In this document: positions 35,414-45,253 of the stretch, in pieces
How positions within the stretch are numbered: the stretch's first letter is position 1
How the letters are laid out: each line of letters starts with the position of its first letter
DNA from: Bythopirellula sp.
GTDB taxonomy: Bacteria > Planctomycetota > Planctomycetia > Pirellulales > Lacipirellulaceae
Direction of reading: 5' to 3'
Length of the DNA: 64,000 bases
Assembly (NCBI GenBank): GCA_965216565.1
Contig: OZ244170.1
Location: forward strand, 3,680,001 to 3,744,000
Translations under genes and position numbers: made by a program
The notes under the pieces: model-generated
What the model saw: the letters and a program-made list of their open reading frames with translations, nothing else
The model's database searches: none
What the model was told of the DNA's origin: nothing

Positions 35414-36712
35414 ATGAAGAGCTCTACAAATCGCAAACCGACACAGCACATGGAAACTCTCGAAAGCCGCCGCATGTTGGCAGGTGATGTCGCCGTGTTC
35501 GACAACTTTACCGACACGCTATTCATCAATGGCGATGCGGAAGCCAATTCGCTGCTTATCGAAGGAACTGGCAACGCCGACGAGATCCGTATCACGGGCT
35601 TACCTACCTCAGGCGGCGCAACCACAGTTAATGGTCAGGCCTCAATCACTGTGGAGCTAATTGATTTCGACCGAGTGATCGAACTGATCCAATCTGACTT
35701 GGGAGCAGGGGACGACTCGGTTTTCTTTGAAAATGCCACTATCCAAACCAACATCGATATCGACACCGGCGCAGGGAACGACGACATAGAGTTCACCGTC
35801 ACCCAAGTCCGCGGCTTCGTTGCTATTGTGGGCGATGGCGTTGACGACTTTACGCTCGATACGTTTCACGCAGTTGACGACGTTTCTTTCCGCGTCGAAC
35901 AGGTGGGAGTTGCCGACGTCAATGATGCAAGAATCTTTGGCAATCTGAACATTGCCTCCACGGGCCGTAACAATTCGGCTACCGATTGGGTGAATGTGAC
36001 CAACTCCGACATTGTCGGTGGCGACATCATGATCACCACCGACAAAGCGGGACGTGCCTGGGTCACCGATTCCACCGCCACAGGTGTGTCCATCATGGCA
36101 CTGCGGGGCGGCGACGCCGACTACAATGTCGAAGCCAGTACGATAGGCAGTCTCTCGATGAGCACGCGCGGCGGGAACGACTCGCTGCACATTGGCTCAA
36201 ACGACATCTCAGGCTCCGTGACCGTCCTGTCGCGGGGTGGAAATGATGACATCACCTTCGACAACGTCGATATCGGCGGTGCCGTCGATGTGCAGTCGGG
36301 TGGCGGCAACGACAATCTATTTGCTGACCAGGGCACCTGGGGAGACACCAGCATCAAGACGAACTCAGGTGACGACAATGTCACTGTGTTCGATACCACG
36401 TTCACTGCTTCCCTGCTGATCAACACGGCGCGCGGCGAAGACGAATTGCTGGTATCGAATATCTCCGTCGACGGAGATGTCGATCTAATCGGCGGGCGTG
36501 ACGAGGACGTCTTTGAGGTGGTCTTCGGCGACATCGGTGCTGATTTGAACATCCGCATGGGTAGCGGCAACGACGAACTGACTGTCAGGAACAATACGGT
36601 CGGCGAATCGGCCCTCTGGGATGGACAGAGCGGGATCGACACCCTGATCGACGACGGCAGCAACGTCATTGGCGATGCCCTGACGATTCTCAATTTCGAG
36701 AATGTCATTTGA
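35414..36712 (+). CDS. Planctomycete extracellular protein with acidic Gly/Asp beta-helix-type repeats
   Basis: ETLESRRMLAG motif; repeated GxG(N/D)D-x-I/L units at ~22-aa period. Confidence 0.8.
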   Translation: MKSSTNRKPTQHMETLESRRMLAGDVAVFDNFTDTLFINGDAEANSLLIEGTGNADEIRITGLPTSGGATTVNGQASITVELIDFDRVIELIQSDLGAGDDSVFFENATIQTNIDIDTGAGNDDIEFTVTQVRGFVAIVGDGVDDFTLDTFHAVDDVSFRVEQVGVADVNDARIFGNLNIASTGRNNSATDWVNVTNSDIVGGDIMITTDKAGRAWVTDSTATGVSIMALRGGDADYNVEASTIGSLSMSTRGGNDSLHIGSNDISGSVTVLSRGGNDDITFDNVDIGGAVDVQSGGGNDNLFADQGTWGDTSIKTNSGDDNVTVFDTTFTASLLINTARGEDELLVSNISVDGDVDLIGGRDEDVFEVVFGDIGADLNIRMGSGNDELTVRNNTVGESALWDGQSGIDTLIDDGSNVIGDALTILNFENVI

Positions 36713-36717
36713 GATCG

Positions 36718-37146
36718 TTAGCTATCTTTGATCGGTAACGATTCAACATATTTGCGGATCTCGTCGCGGACGCGTCGATAGGCAGCGATTGCTTCCTCCT
36801 CTGTGGTGGCGTCGCGCGCTAATCGCGGTGGGTCGTCGAAGGGATGGTGGACCACCTGCGCTGCACCCGAAAACACCGGGCACGATTCCGCCGCGTTGTC
36901 GCAGACCGTCACCACATAGTCGAACTCGATGCCTGAGAGCTCATCGACGTGCTGCGATTTCTGCCCGGAAATATCCACACCGGCTTCGGCCATCACGGCG
37001 ACCGCGGATTCGTTGAGTCCGTGGGTTTCAATTCCGGCGGAGTAGACGTCGACAACATCGGCTTTCAAGTGCCGTGCCCAACCCTCAGCCATCTGACTGC
37101 GGCACGAATTGCCCGTGCAGAGAAAAAGAATTTTTTGTCGGCTCAT
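36718..37146 (-). CDS. arsC: Arsenate reductase, thioredoxin-coupled LMW-PTP type
   Basis: FLCTGNSCRSQMAEG, VTVCDNAAESCP, FDDP. Confidence 0.92.
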   Translation of the reverse strand: MSRQKILFLCTGNSCRSQMAEGWARHLKADVVDVYSAGIETHGLNESAVAVMAEAGVDISGQKSQHVDELSGIEFDYVVTVCDNAAESCPVFSGAAQVVHHPFDDPPRLARDATTEEEAIAAYRRVRDEIRKYVESLPIKDS

Positions 37147-37273
37147 TTTGGATGTCCAGAGTGGTGAGTCGAGTGTCCAGGGTCAAGTAAGTAGTTGTAG
37201 TAACTCTAGTCACTGGTCTCTAGTCTCTAAGCCTCATGATTTCCTGTTGTTGCACGGGTAGCGGGCAGCTAAG

Positions 37274-38665
37274 ATGCCCGGCATGAATCGCCCTGTACGC
37301 CAGGCCCCTCTCGATACGGGGCCGCTTTGCCATACGCAAAAACTTTTGCCCAACTCGCGGCAAGATCTAATTGTCATCGCGCTATTGCTGCTCCTCTCTT
37401 GGTATTTGCGGTCCCTCTATCAAACCGAGTCAACCACCGACCAGCCTCTGCGGGCGGATGCAGGAAGATACGCCAGAACCGCATTCAACCTGCACGTTCA
37501 CGGCGCGTTTTCCAAAGAGCCTCCTTCACGTGAAGTTCCACAATCCCGCACCGATCTCGCCCCAGGATACCCACTTTTTTTGACGTTGTTCCTAGAGCCT
37601 ACCGATCAGGACCCTGGCTGGTATTTGGATTTGGATCAAGTCCGCGCCTGGCAGGCAATCATCGGTAGCGCCGTGGTGCTTCTCACCTATTTGCTTGCGC
37701 GGCAGTTCCTTGCGCTTGGCTGGGCTGTGGTTGTAGGCGTTCTCACATGCGCTAGCCCCCACTTGATTGTCATTAGCGACTATGTGCTGACCGAGAGCTT
37801 ATTCATGCTAGTGATGATGAGCGGCTTCCTGCTGGCTACGTTCGCCTTGCGACGCGCACAGCTAGGGTTCCTGTTCGCCGCGAGTTTTCTCATCGCGTTG
37901 TCGGCCGAAGTGCGTTACATCGCCCTCGCCATGCCGTTGTGTCTCGTGCCGTTGGTGTTTATGTGGCCCCAAGTTAAGGAGGGTGCCGCAACTCGATCAC
38001 GAGTTGCAGTGTTCGCAACAATCTTGGCAGCGGTTGGTTGTGTTCAATTGCTGCACGCAGGGTTTCAGCAGCGGACCCTGGCCAATGCTCCCGACAGCGA
38101 CCAATCTGCCCCCGAGCACTTTCGGCCTAGGTCTCCTTGGGAATATCTTAGCCGAACCGTCCGGCCACCCAGCTATTACGTGGCCGGGGAAAGCCACATC
38201 TCCTCTCAAAATCCCAACCCGCAACAATCACTGAAACGCACCGAGGTGAACCTCTCGGATGCCCCACTCGCCTACATTCGTTGGAACACGTACGGCCGCC
38301 TCTTAGTGAACTGGCATTTCGATAACGCTTACAACGGCGATGTCTATCTCTACCCCATGCTGCGAAAAGGATTTGAGGAGCATCCAGGGCTGCAAATCGT
38401 ACATCGCACGATGCGGCTATTGCACTGGCCCCTGCTGGCGCTGTCTCTAGCTGGCCTGATACTGCTCGCCGTGCAAACTTGGCGAGGCAACCTAACATTG
38501 GAATCCCAAATGGCGTGGCTCCCAGCCCTGGGAATGGGCTACTTCATCGCGGTACTGACGCTACTCGCCTGGCTGCCACGCTACTCAATCCCCGCACGAC
38601 CGTTCGTTTACCTGATGGCAGGATTCTGCATCGCAAGTCTAATTCGCAAGTCCCCTCAGGACTAA
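37274..38665 (+). CDS. GT-C fold membrane glycosyltransferase-like protein (ArnT/PMT family)
   Basis: ADAGRY, PGYPLFL, LTESLF, PRYSIP; about ten hydrophobic segments. Confidence 0.75.
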   Translation: MPGMNRPVRQAPLDTGPLCHTQKLLPNSRQDLIVIALLLLLSWYLRSLYQTESTTDQPLRADAGRYARTAFNLHVHGAFSKEPPSREVPQSRTDLAPGYPLFLTLFLEPTDQDPGWYLDLDQVRAWQAIIGSAVVLLTYLLARQFLALGWAVVVGVLTCASPHLIVISDYVLTESLFMLVMMSGFLLATFALRRAQLGFLFAASFLIALSAEVRYIALAMPLCLVPLVFMWPQVKEGAATRSRVAVFATILAAVGCVQLLHAGFQQRTLANAPDSDQSAPEHFRPRSPWEYLSRTVRPPSYYVAGESHISSQNPNPQQSLKRTEVNLSDAPLAYIRWNTYGRLLVNWHFDNAYNGDVYLYPMLRKGFEEHPGLQIVHRTMRLLHWPLLALSLAGLILLAVQTWRGNLTLESQMAWLPALGMGYFIAVLTLLAWLPRYSIPARPFVYLMAGFCIASLIRKSPQD

Positions 38666-38715
38666 GCAGTAGCAGACAAGATTGCAGGCAAAGCAAATCA
38701 CTAAAGTCCGCAACA

Positions 38716-38789
38716 TAGCCGGAGGCACACTTGCCTCCAGAGTCCTACGAACCGCCCACCACAGCGGGTAGACAGTGGCGGTCCGGCTA
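38716..38789. repeat. Family B element, full form with TAGCCGGA/TCCGGCTA ends
   Basis: Terminal 8-bp IR, first arm hairpin GGAGGCA-CACT-TGCCTCC. Confidence 0.8.
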
Positions 38790-38850
38790 TCAAACGTCTA
38801 TATCTAATCTTCCGCACCTAGTCTTCGGGCTGACTTTAGAAACCCATCGT

Positions 38851-39939
38851 CTAGCGAAAGCCCTCGATCGGAAAGCAAAACAGCGGAATCAGCAGCGACG
38901 CCAACCCTATGGCCCACCGCCACGGCCCCAGCTTGACCTTGTCGTTTGCCGTTGGCGGATGGTGGATTCCCATTAATATCACTAGCACCAACATCGGCGT
39001 CCACATGACGGCATGCTCGAGATTGATGACGACATAGAAAATCGTCAGTGATAAAAACCAACGTGCCAGCGTGTGGGCTCTTTTCAAGAACAGAGCATAA
39101 ATGGTATGCCCTCCGTCCAGTTGACTAATCGGCAGCATGTTGAGTCCTGTAATCAACATCCCGACCCAACCGGCCATGAAGAAGGGATTGAGTTGAGACA
39201 AACCAATCCACTGCTGGTCGGCCCACTGAGGATGGGCCCGCTCGAGCATCATCTGCCCAATCCAAGGCATGTAAAGTTGAAACTCATCGACGGCCGCGGG
39301 GCGCGATAAATCGAGGTCGACGATCCCCCACCACAACACAGGGATGGCCACCACCAGCCCCGCCACGGGACCTGCAATACCGATGTCGAATATCTGGCGT
39401 CGATCGGCCCGCGTACCATCCATCCCAATCACCGCGCCCATCGTACCGATGGCATTGAACGGAATGGGAATACACAGCGGATAGCTCGCCGGGATGCGGT
39501 GTCTGACCGTTTGCAAAAAGTGGCCCATCTCGTGGGTGAGCAAGATGGCCAGCACAGCCACCATGTACTGCAAACCTGTTTGCCAATTGTTGGCCACCGT
39601 GTGCCACATCACCGCCGAGTTGCTAAGGAATTCTTCTTCCAACGGGGCCCAATGAGTGGTTCCCACCCAAAACGTCGACACGCAAGTCGCCAAAAAAAGC
39701 ACAATCGGCAGGAATGTATTCCGCTGGGGTCGAAAATGCAGATCCGACACCGTCAATTCCGGGGAGCTGGAGAAAGCCGGGTCGTCGTACGACCTGTCCT
39801 TCGGCACCGTGCGCCGCGGTTGTTTCTCGGCAGCGGGCAGTCCGGTCGGTGGAGGATCCGTCGACGGAGTTTGCGGGGGGACGGGGACGGCCGATGAAGG
39901 GTTGGGGCCGTCTGGTCGGGGGGGAACCTCGGTGCTCAT
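38851..39939 (-). CDS. Site-2 protease family (M50) metalloprotease
   Basis: HEMGH, IAGPVAG, NMLPISQLDGGH. Confidence 0.93.
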   Translation of the reverse strand: MSTEVPPRPDGPNPSSAVPVPPQTPSTDPPPTGLPAAEKQPRRTVPKDRSYDDPAFSSSPELTVSDLHFRPQRNTFLPIVLFLATCVSTFWVGTTHWAPLEEEFLSNSAVMWHTVANNWQTGLQYMVAVLAILLTHEMGHFLQTVRHRIPASYPLCIPIPFNAIGTMGAVIGMDGTRADRRQIFDIGIAGPVAGLVVAIPVLWWGIVDLDLSRPAAVDEFQLYMPWIGQMMLERAHPQWADQQWIGLSQLNPFFMAGWVGMLITGLNMLPISQLDGGHTIYALFLKRAHTLARWFLSLTIFYVVINLEHAVMWTPMLVLVILMGIHHPPTANDKVKLGPWRWAIGLASLLIPLFCFPIEGFR

Positions 39940-40009
39940 TGATTAATCATAGCACAGCACGCCGGGCCGAGAACAGGTGAATGCACATAGGACAACCCAA
40001 GTCGGGCCA

Positions 40010-41668
40010 TCACAGCAGTTCGATGCTCTTCACCCCATTCGCATGACTCGACTGCGCCGCGGACAAACATCGCTCAGCAGCATGCAACAAGTCGGGCGGA
40101 TGAAAATTCTTTGGAGGCAGTGTCACGGAGGAGATGCCGACACTAATCGAAAAATAGAATTCATTGTTCTGAATGGCAAGATCGCACGTTTTCTCTTCCA
40201 AAGCACCGATCAACTGATTGGCCACACGCACGGTGAGATGCCGTTCGTAATTCGGCATCAGCAATAGCCATTTGTGCGAACCAAGCTTTACGATTTTCAC
40301 TTGCTCAAGCTCCTGGCACTCTTCGTGCAGCATCAGCTCAAGCTGCTTGCGCTCCTGCTCCGGTTGGTTCTCGCTACATTCGATATCAATTAGCATCACG
40401 CTCAGTGGACACCGGCGCGATCGACAAGATCCAACCGCCAGGGTTAGTTGCTTAGGAAAATCGGCCAAGCCGTTACTCTCAGCGACCCCACTTTTTGCTA
40501 TCTCTGGCGACGACTCGGGGCCGCCTCCACCAAAACTAAGATCGGAGGCTTGCGCTAAGTCCGCGGTCGGAGCAGAAGCAGTCGGCTGGCCTGCATCTGC
40601 CGGGGCAATCAGCTCATTGGCAGCGTCTTGCAACTCTAAGGCGGCTGCCAGCACTTCGTCGTATTCGCGCTCTTCAGTATTCGATGGCGAGCTAAGCGGC
40701 GTAGGGAATTCTTCGCACAGCAGCGCCATCTCCTGGTGCGCTTGCACGACGATTTGTTCGTAGGACGTATTCTGCTCGAGATTCAAATTCAGCACATCCG
40801 CCAATTGCTCCACTTTTTCTTGCAGAGGTGGAAGCAAATCGTGAAGAGCGTCCTTATCGAATCCGCAGTAGGCTTCCCCGGCAGTCAGCAATTCCGGCAA
40901 GGCTTGAATCCGATTCTGCCCCACCAAATCGCCAAGCAATCCCGCGAGGTGTAAGACCTTGGCCAAGTCGACAACCGCATCGCCCTTGGCGATGGCGGCC
41001 AGTTTCCGATGGTCCATGGAAATCGCTTGAACCAGTAGCTCTGGCAAATTCCAACGACGCAGTAGTGCCGATGTTAGAGTTTGGTGATCGAACCCGAGAG
41101 ACTGCACTTCCAGCTCGCCCAAATCGGAACGGTTCTCCAACACACGTCCGAGAAACTGGGCATAGGGCACGCGGAGCTGATCGAGCAGCACCAGCACTCC
41201 AATGTCTTGCAACAATCCAGCCAAAAAGGCTTCGTCACCGTCGCTGTTCCAATATTGTTGGCTCAATTCCCGAGCAGCCACGGCACGCACGAGCGACGAC
41301 TTCCAATACCAGACAAGCTGCTCTCGAGCCACTCCGGCAAATAGCTCTTCAGGCAAGCTGAATCCCAGCACCAACAGCTTTAACGGTTTTGTTCCCAGTA
41401 GGGCTAACGCTTGATTGAGATCATTCACTTCGCGGCTCAAACCAAACAGCGAACTATTCACCACCTTGAGCAGTTTCGCGGTGAGTGCCGGATCGTTTTC
41501 GATACAGTTTTTTAGTTCCGTGGCATCCACCTGCGGATTGCTCGTCAATCGCACGACCTCCATCGCCACAGCAGGCAACGAGTAGAGCGATTTGGTGCGG
41601 TCGACGATGGTCGCCACCGTGGTCGGCGGATTGGCTTCGCGAGGGGGTGTAGCAAGCTGGGTATCCAT
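40010..41668 (-). CDS. HDOD domain protein with degenerate C-terminal GGDEF-fold domain
   Basis: LYSLPAVA, DPALTAKLLKVVNS, AFLAGLLQDIG; C-term LSVMLIDI, SISVGIS, LLHAAERCLSAA. Confidence 0.85.
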   Translation of the reverse strand: MDTQLATPPREANPPTTVATIVDRTKSLYSLPAVAMEVVRLTSNPQVDATELKNCIENDPALTAKLLKVVNSSLFGLSREVNDLNQALALLGTKPLKLLVLGFSLPEELFAGVAREQLVWYWKSSLVRAVAARELSQQYWNSDGDEAFLAGLLQDIGVLVLLDQLRVPYAQFLGRVLENRSDLGELEVQSLGFDHQTLTSALLRRWNLPELLVQAISMDHRKLAAIAKGDAVVDLAKVLHLAGLLGDLVGQNRIQALPELLTAGEAYCGFDKDALHDLLPPLQEKVEQLADVLNLNLEQNTSYEQIVVQAHQEMALLCEEFPTPLSSPSNTEEREYDEVLAAALELQDAANELIAPADAGQPTASAPTADLAQASDLSFGGGGPESSPEIAKSGVAESNGLADFPKQLTLAVGSCRSRRCPLSVMLIDIECSENQPEQERKQLELMLHEECQELEQVKIVKLGSHKWLLLMPNYERHLTVRVANQLIGALEEKTCDLAIQNNEFYFSISVGISSVTLPPKNFHPPDLLHAAERCLSAAQSSHANGVKSIELL

Positions 41669-41797
41669 GCAATTGGCCGGTCTTGGGAGCAAGGGCTAAA
41701 TAGGCGTCTCTTCGAGTCGCGCGCAGATTGCGGCGCCAAAGTATAGCTCGCGATTGCTAACCGGGACGCCGTTGCTAGCACAATCGTCACAACCGGT

Positions 41798-41852
41798 TAG
41801 CCGGAGGCACACGTTCCTCCGCTGTGCCTTGGACCGCATGGCAGTCCGGCTA
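41798..41852. repeat. Family B element, short form
   Basis: TAGCCGGAGGCACACGTTCCTCC...GTCCGGCTA. Confidence 0.75.
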
Positions 41853-41940
41853 GGGGATACTCAGCTTCTTAATGCACTAGGGGAATTGCTAGGCGGGTGG
41901 TTAGAATATCGCCCTTACGGAACACGGATTGGGAGCTCCT

Positions 41941-43245
41941 ATGCTGGTTGTCAGGAATCATTGTCTCGCGTGGCTAGCGTCTTCGGTTGGCTTGCTGCTA
42001 GCTCAATTCGCGGTAGCCCAAAACATCGTTCCGACAAGCGCCACAACCCCGGCAACCTCTGACTCCAAGTCCGCCGAAGTCGAGAAAATCCGCCGCATCG
42101 TGGTTGGCTTAGGAGCGGAAGCGGCGACGCCGGCACGGCTGATCCAGCTGACACGCAATTTGGCACCCGAGGTCGCCTGTCAGGCGTATTTGCTTGTCGC
42201 GGATGACTTTCTGCGGGAGGGACAAGTCGATTTAGCGGCACAAATTCTCGAGTATCAATTAGAACACCACGCCAAACAGCCAGCCGCCGAGCAAGCCGCC
42301 CTGCAACTGGTGCAAATCTATTCCAGCGGCGAATTAGCACACACACAGCGCAGTAAAAAGAATCTCAAAGGAGGCCTGTCGCTCCCTCCCGGATGGCAAA
42401 GGCAACAGTCATCCAATCAGCAGCCGGTTGGCAATCAGTCGCATTCGAATCACAATCTGCTCACCTACGCCTCTTATGCAGCGAATCGCCAACTACAACA
42501 GTTGCCGCAACTGGCTAAGGATTCTGCCTTTGCATTTCAGTGCGCTGCCACGGCCCGACGGGGAGGCCGATCTTCGGAAGCCAAATCTTGGCTCACTTTA
42601 GTCAAACACAAACGCGATTTTCCTCAGTGGCGCAAGCGAGCCCGCGCCGAGGCCTGGCTACAAGACCAGCGTGAGGGCCAGCCCCCGCTGCCAACAATCT
42701 CTTGTCCTCAAGCCAGTAAGCCACCTCGTTTAGACGGCATCTTGAACGAACCACTCTGGGAAACCGCAGGCCGATTGAACACCGGCGACGACCAAGCTCA
42801 TCAAGAATCCGAAGTGCGAGTTTCATTCGACAAAAAATACCTCTATCTGGCTGGGCGATCGAAGAAGATCGAAAATCAAATCTACCGCAATGATGCGAAG
42901 CCGCGGACGTACGATGCGGACCTTTCCCAACACGATCGATTGCAGATCTCCCTCGACATCGATCGCGATTATGCCACTTGTTATCAGTTCACAGTCGACC
43001 ATCGAGGCTGGACGAACGATGCCTGTTGGCTGGACACCAGTTGGAACCCCGAGTGGTTTGTGGCGGCGGGCGGTGCCAAACTTTGGACTTTCGAAGCGGC
43101 GATCCCCTGGAGCGAGCTCACGCCCCAGCCTCCCCAAGCGGGTGGAGTTTGGGCGATTGCCGCCCAACGACTGATCCCGTCGGGAAAAAGGCTACTGGAA
43201 GAATCAGATTCTAGCGGCGAATTTAACCTCTTACTTTTCGAGTGA
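41941..43245 (+). CDS. Secreted protein, helical N-terminus plus CBM9-like (DOMON-like) C-terminal domain
   Basis: Signal peptide; PRLDGILNEPLW, FDKKYLYLA, DRLQISLDID, WTFEAAIPWSEL. Confidence 0.7.
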   Translation: MLVVRNHCLAWLASSVGLLLAQFAVAQNIVPTSATTPATSDSKSAEVEKIRRIVVGLGAEAATPARLIQLTRNLAPEVACQAYLLVADDFLREGQVDLAAQILEYQLEHHAKQPAAEQAALQLVQIYSSGELAHTQRSKKNLKGGLSLPPGWQRQQSSNQQPVGNQSHSNHNLLTYASYAANRQLQQLPQLAKDSAFAFQCAATARRGGRSSEAKSWLTLVKHKRDFPQWRKRARAEAWLQDQREGQPPLPTISCPQASKPPRLDGILNEPLWETAGRLNTGDDQAHQESEVRVSFDKKYLYLAGRSKKIENQIYRNDAKPRTYDADLSQHDRLQISLDIDRDYATCYQFTVDHRGWTNDACWLDTSWNPEWFVAAGGAKLWTFEAAIPWSELTPQPPQAGGVWAIAAQRLIPSGKRLLEESDSSGEFNLLLFE

Positions 43246-43291
43246 ATTGCCCCCCTGCCCCCTGCCCCCTCCATCCTGTATCCTCCCACTT

Positions 43292-44299
43292 ATGGCATGG
43301 ATGATCGGCATCGACGAGGCGGGGTACGGACCAAATCTGGGTCCGTTGACGGTTAGTGCCACCGTTTGGAAAGTGGAAAGCGAAGCGCGGAAAGCGGATC
43401 GCGTTTCAGATCAAAGCCAAGCGGTTGCCACGTCCGTTGAAAATAACGTCGACCTCTATGCTCGACTGGCTGCCCTTGTTTCTCCCACGGTTCAAAAAAA
43501 CCGGCTGGCCATTGCCGATTCTAAAGCACTCTACAAACCGAAGGGTGGCTTGCAGAATCTAGAACGCGGCGTCCTCGCGGCGCTTGCTGTCTCGCGTGGT
43601 AAACTGCCGACCCGATGGCAAGATCTAATCGAACCCCCTCCCCAGCTTCCCTGGTATGGCGACTTCGATTGCTGCCTTCCCATCGATGCGACGAGTGAAG
43701 AACTGCAGGAGCTTGCCGCGAAATTCTCCGCCGTTTGCGACTCAGCAGACGTCGAACTTACCGATGTCCGCACCCGACTCGTGTTCCCTCGCGAATTCAA
43801 CGAGCTCACAGAACAATACGGGACGAAGGGTGCCGCGCTCTCGCACGTCACCATCGGCCTTTTGCGTCAGACCATCGATTCCCTGCCCCCCGGCCCCCGG
43901 ATCCCGACCTCCACTCACCATTACATCTCCTGCGACAAACATGGCGGCCGCAATCGCTATGCCGCGCTGCTGCAACATCACTTTTCCGAGCACTGGATTG
44001 AGACACACGAAGAGAGCACGCCAATTAGCCGGTACAGTTGGAGCACTGAGGATTCTGAATTTCACATTTCGTTCCAGGCCCGCGGCGAATCGCAACTCCC
44101 CACGGCCCTGGCTTCGATGACAGCCAAGTACCATCGCGAACTGGCGATGCGCGCGTTCAATGCCTATTGGTGCCAGCTCGTTCCAAACTTGAAACCAACG
44201 GCCGGCTATCCAGTCGATGCCAAACGCTTCAAGCAGGCCATTGCGAGCAAACAAATCGAATTGGGCATTGAGGATGCCGACCTCTGGCGGTATCGGTAG
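43292..44299 (+). CDS. Divergent ribonuclease HII-like protein
   Basis: IGIDEAGYGP, IADSK, CDKHGG, ALASMTAKYHRE, AGYP. Confidence 0.75.
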   Translation: MAWMIGIDEAGYGPNLGPLTVSATVWKVESEARKADRVSDQSQAVATSVENNVDLYARLAALVSPTVQKNRLAIADSKALYKPKGGLQNLERGVLAALAVSRGKLPTRWQDLIEPPPQLPWYGDFDCCLPIDATSEELQELAAKFSAVCDSADVELTDVRTRLVFPREFNELTEQYGTKGAALSHVTIGLLRQTIDSLPPGPRIPTSTHHYISCDKHGGRNRYAALLQHHFSEHWIETHEESTPISRYSWSTEDSEFHISFQARGESQLPTALASMTAKYHRELAMRAFNAYWCQLVPNLKPTAGYPVDAKRFKQAIASKQIELGIEDADLWRYR

Positions 44300-44366
44300 A
44301 ATCGTGGTTAGTTGTCAGTAGTCAGTTGTTAGTTGTTGCCTTTTGATTCTTAGGACTCTTAGTAGT

Positions 44367-44581
44367 ACAGCGCAGGGTGAGCTTGAAATGGGGACTGGCT
44401 CGTGATGGCGAGAGTTTACTTCGAGATCATCAAGGTGTAGCCGCCATCAGGTGCCTGTCCCCATTTCAAGCGTGGTGGTCCGTCGAAAAAAAGGGACAGG
44501 CACGACGACACAGAACGAGCTGTGGGCTCAAACCGATTTTGAGCGTCGAGCCAGTCCCTATTTTTCGACTCCGTGCGCTGT
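44367..44581. mobile_element. MITE-like double-hairpin element (family F) copy 2
   Basis: ACAGCGCA/TGCGCTGT ends; stems nearly identical to 27531-27763, loops diverged. Confidence 0.75.
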
Positions 44582-44630
44582 GTTGTAGAATCTGAAAACC
44601 CATACCAGCGAGAACTCAAAAGCACAAACC

Positions 44631-45119
44631 ATGTTCATCTACATCGCACGTCACGCCTGGGCTTATGAATTCGGTGATCCGCGTTGGCCCGACGATTCGC
44701 TACGAGAATTGGAGCCCGAGGGTGCCGATCGGTATATGCAAGTTGTACAGGCACTCGCAGAACGCAATTTTGCACCCGATCGAATCGTTACCAGCCCTTA
44801 CACACGTTGCCGACAAACTGCTGAAATCATCTCCCAATACTCGGCCAACTCTCCGGAAATCTTGGAGCTAGATGCCCTGCAGCCCGGCAGTCAATTCGAC
44901 GAACTTGTCGAGTGGTCCCGCAACGCCGGTGGAGAACAGCTCTGCTGGGTGGGCCACGCCCCCGACGTCGGCCTGATGACCGCCGCCCTCGTAGGCGATG
45001 GTCACGCGAATATCCGCTTCGCCAAAGGTGCCATCGCCGCCATCCGCTTTCACGACCAGCTCCGGCCCGGCGAAGGCGAACTCTATTGGCATGTCACGGC
45101 GAAATCGTTAGGAATATAA
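44631..45119 (+). CDS. sixA: Phosphohistidine phosphatase SixA
   Basis: YIARHA, TSPYTRCRQTA, VGHAP. Confidence 0.85.
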   Translation: MFIYIARHAWAYEFGDPRWPDDSLRELEPEGADRYMQVVQALAERNFAPDRIVTSPYTRCRQTAEIISQYSANSPEILELDALQPGSQFDELVEWSRNAGGEQLCWVGHAPDVGLMTAALVGDGHANIRFAKGAIAAIRFHDQLRPGEGELYWHVTAKSLGI

Positions 45120-45253
45120 GGCGGACCGCAAACAAAGATTAAACGAGCTGGAGGAAACAGAGGGAGCAGAGAACGAAATAGACCTTGCTCGTGTCACTTA
45201 ATTCTCCGTGTCCTCTGTTTCCTCCTGTTAAAAAAACAAGGAAGTAATCTCAC

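Noticed and set aside
36718..37146. arsC as part of an arsenic resistance island
   Set aside because: No arsR, acr3/arsB or mobility gene nearby; orphan gene.
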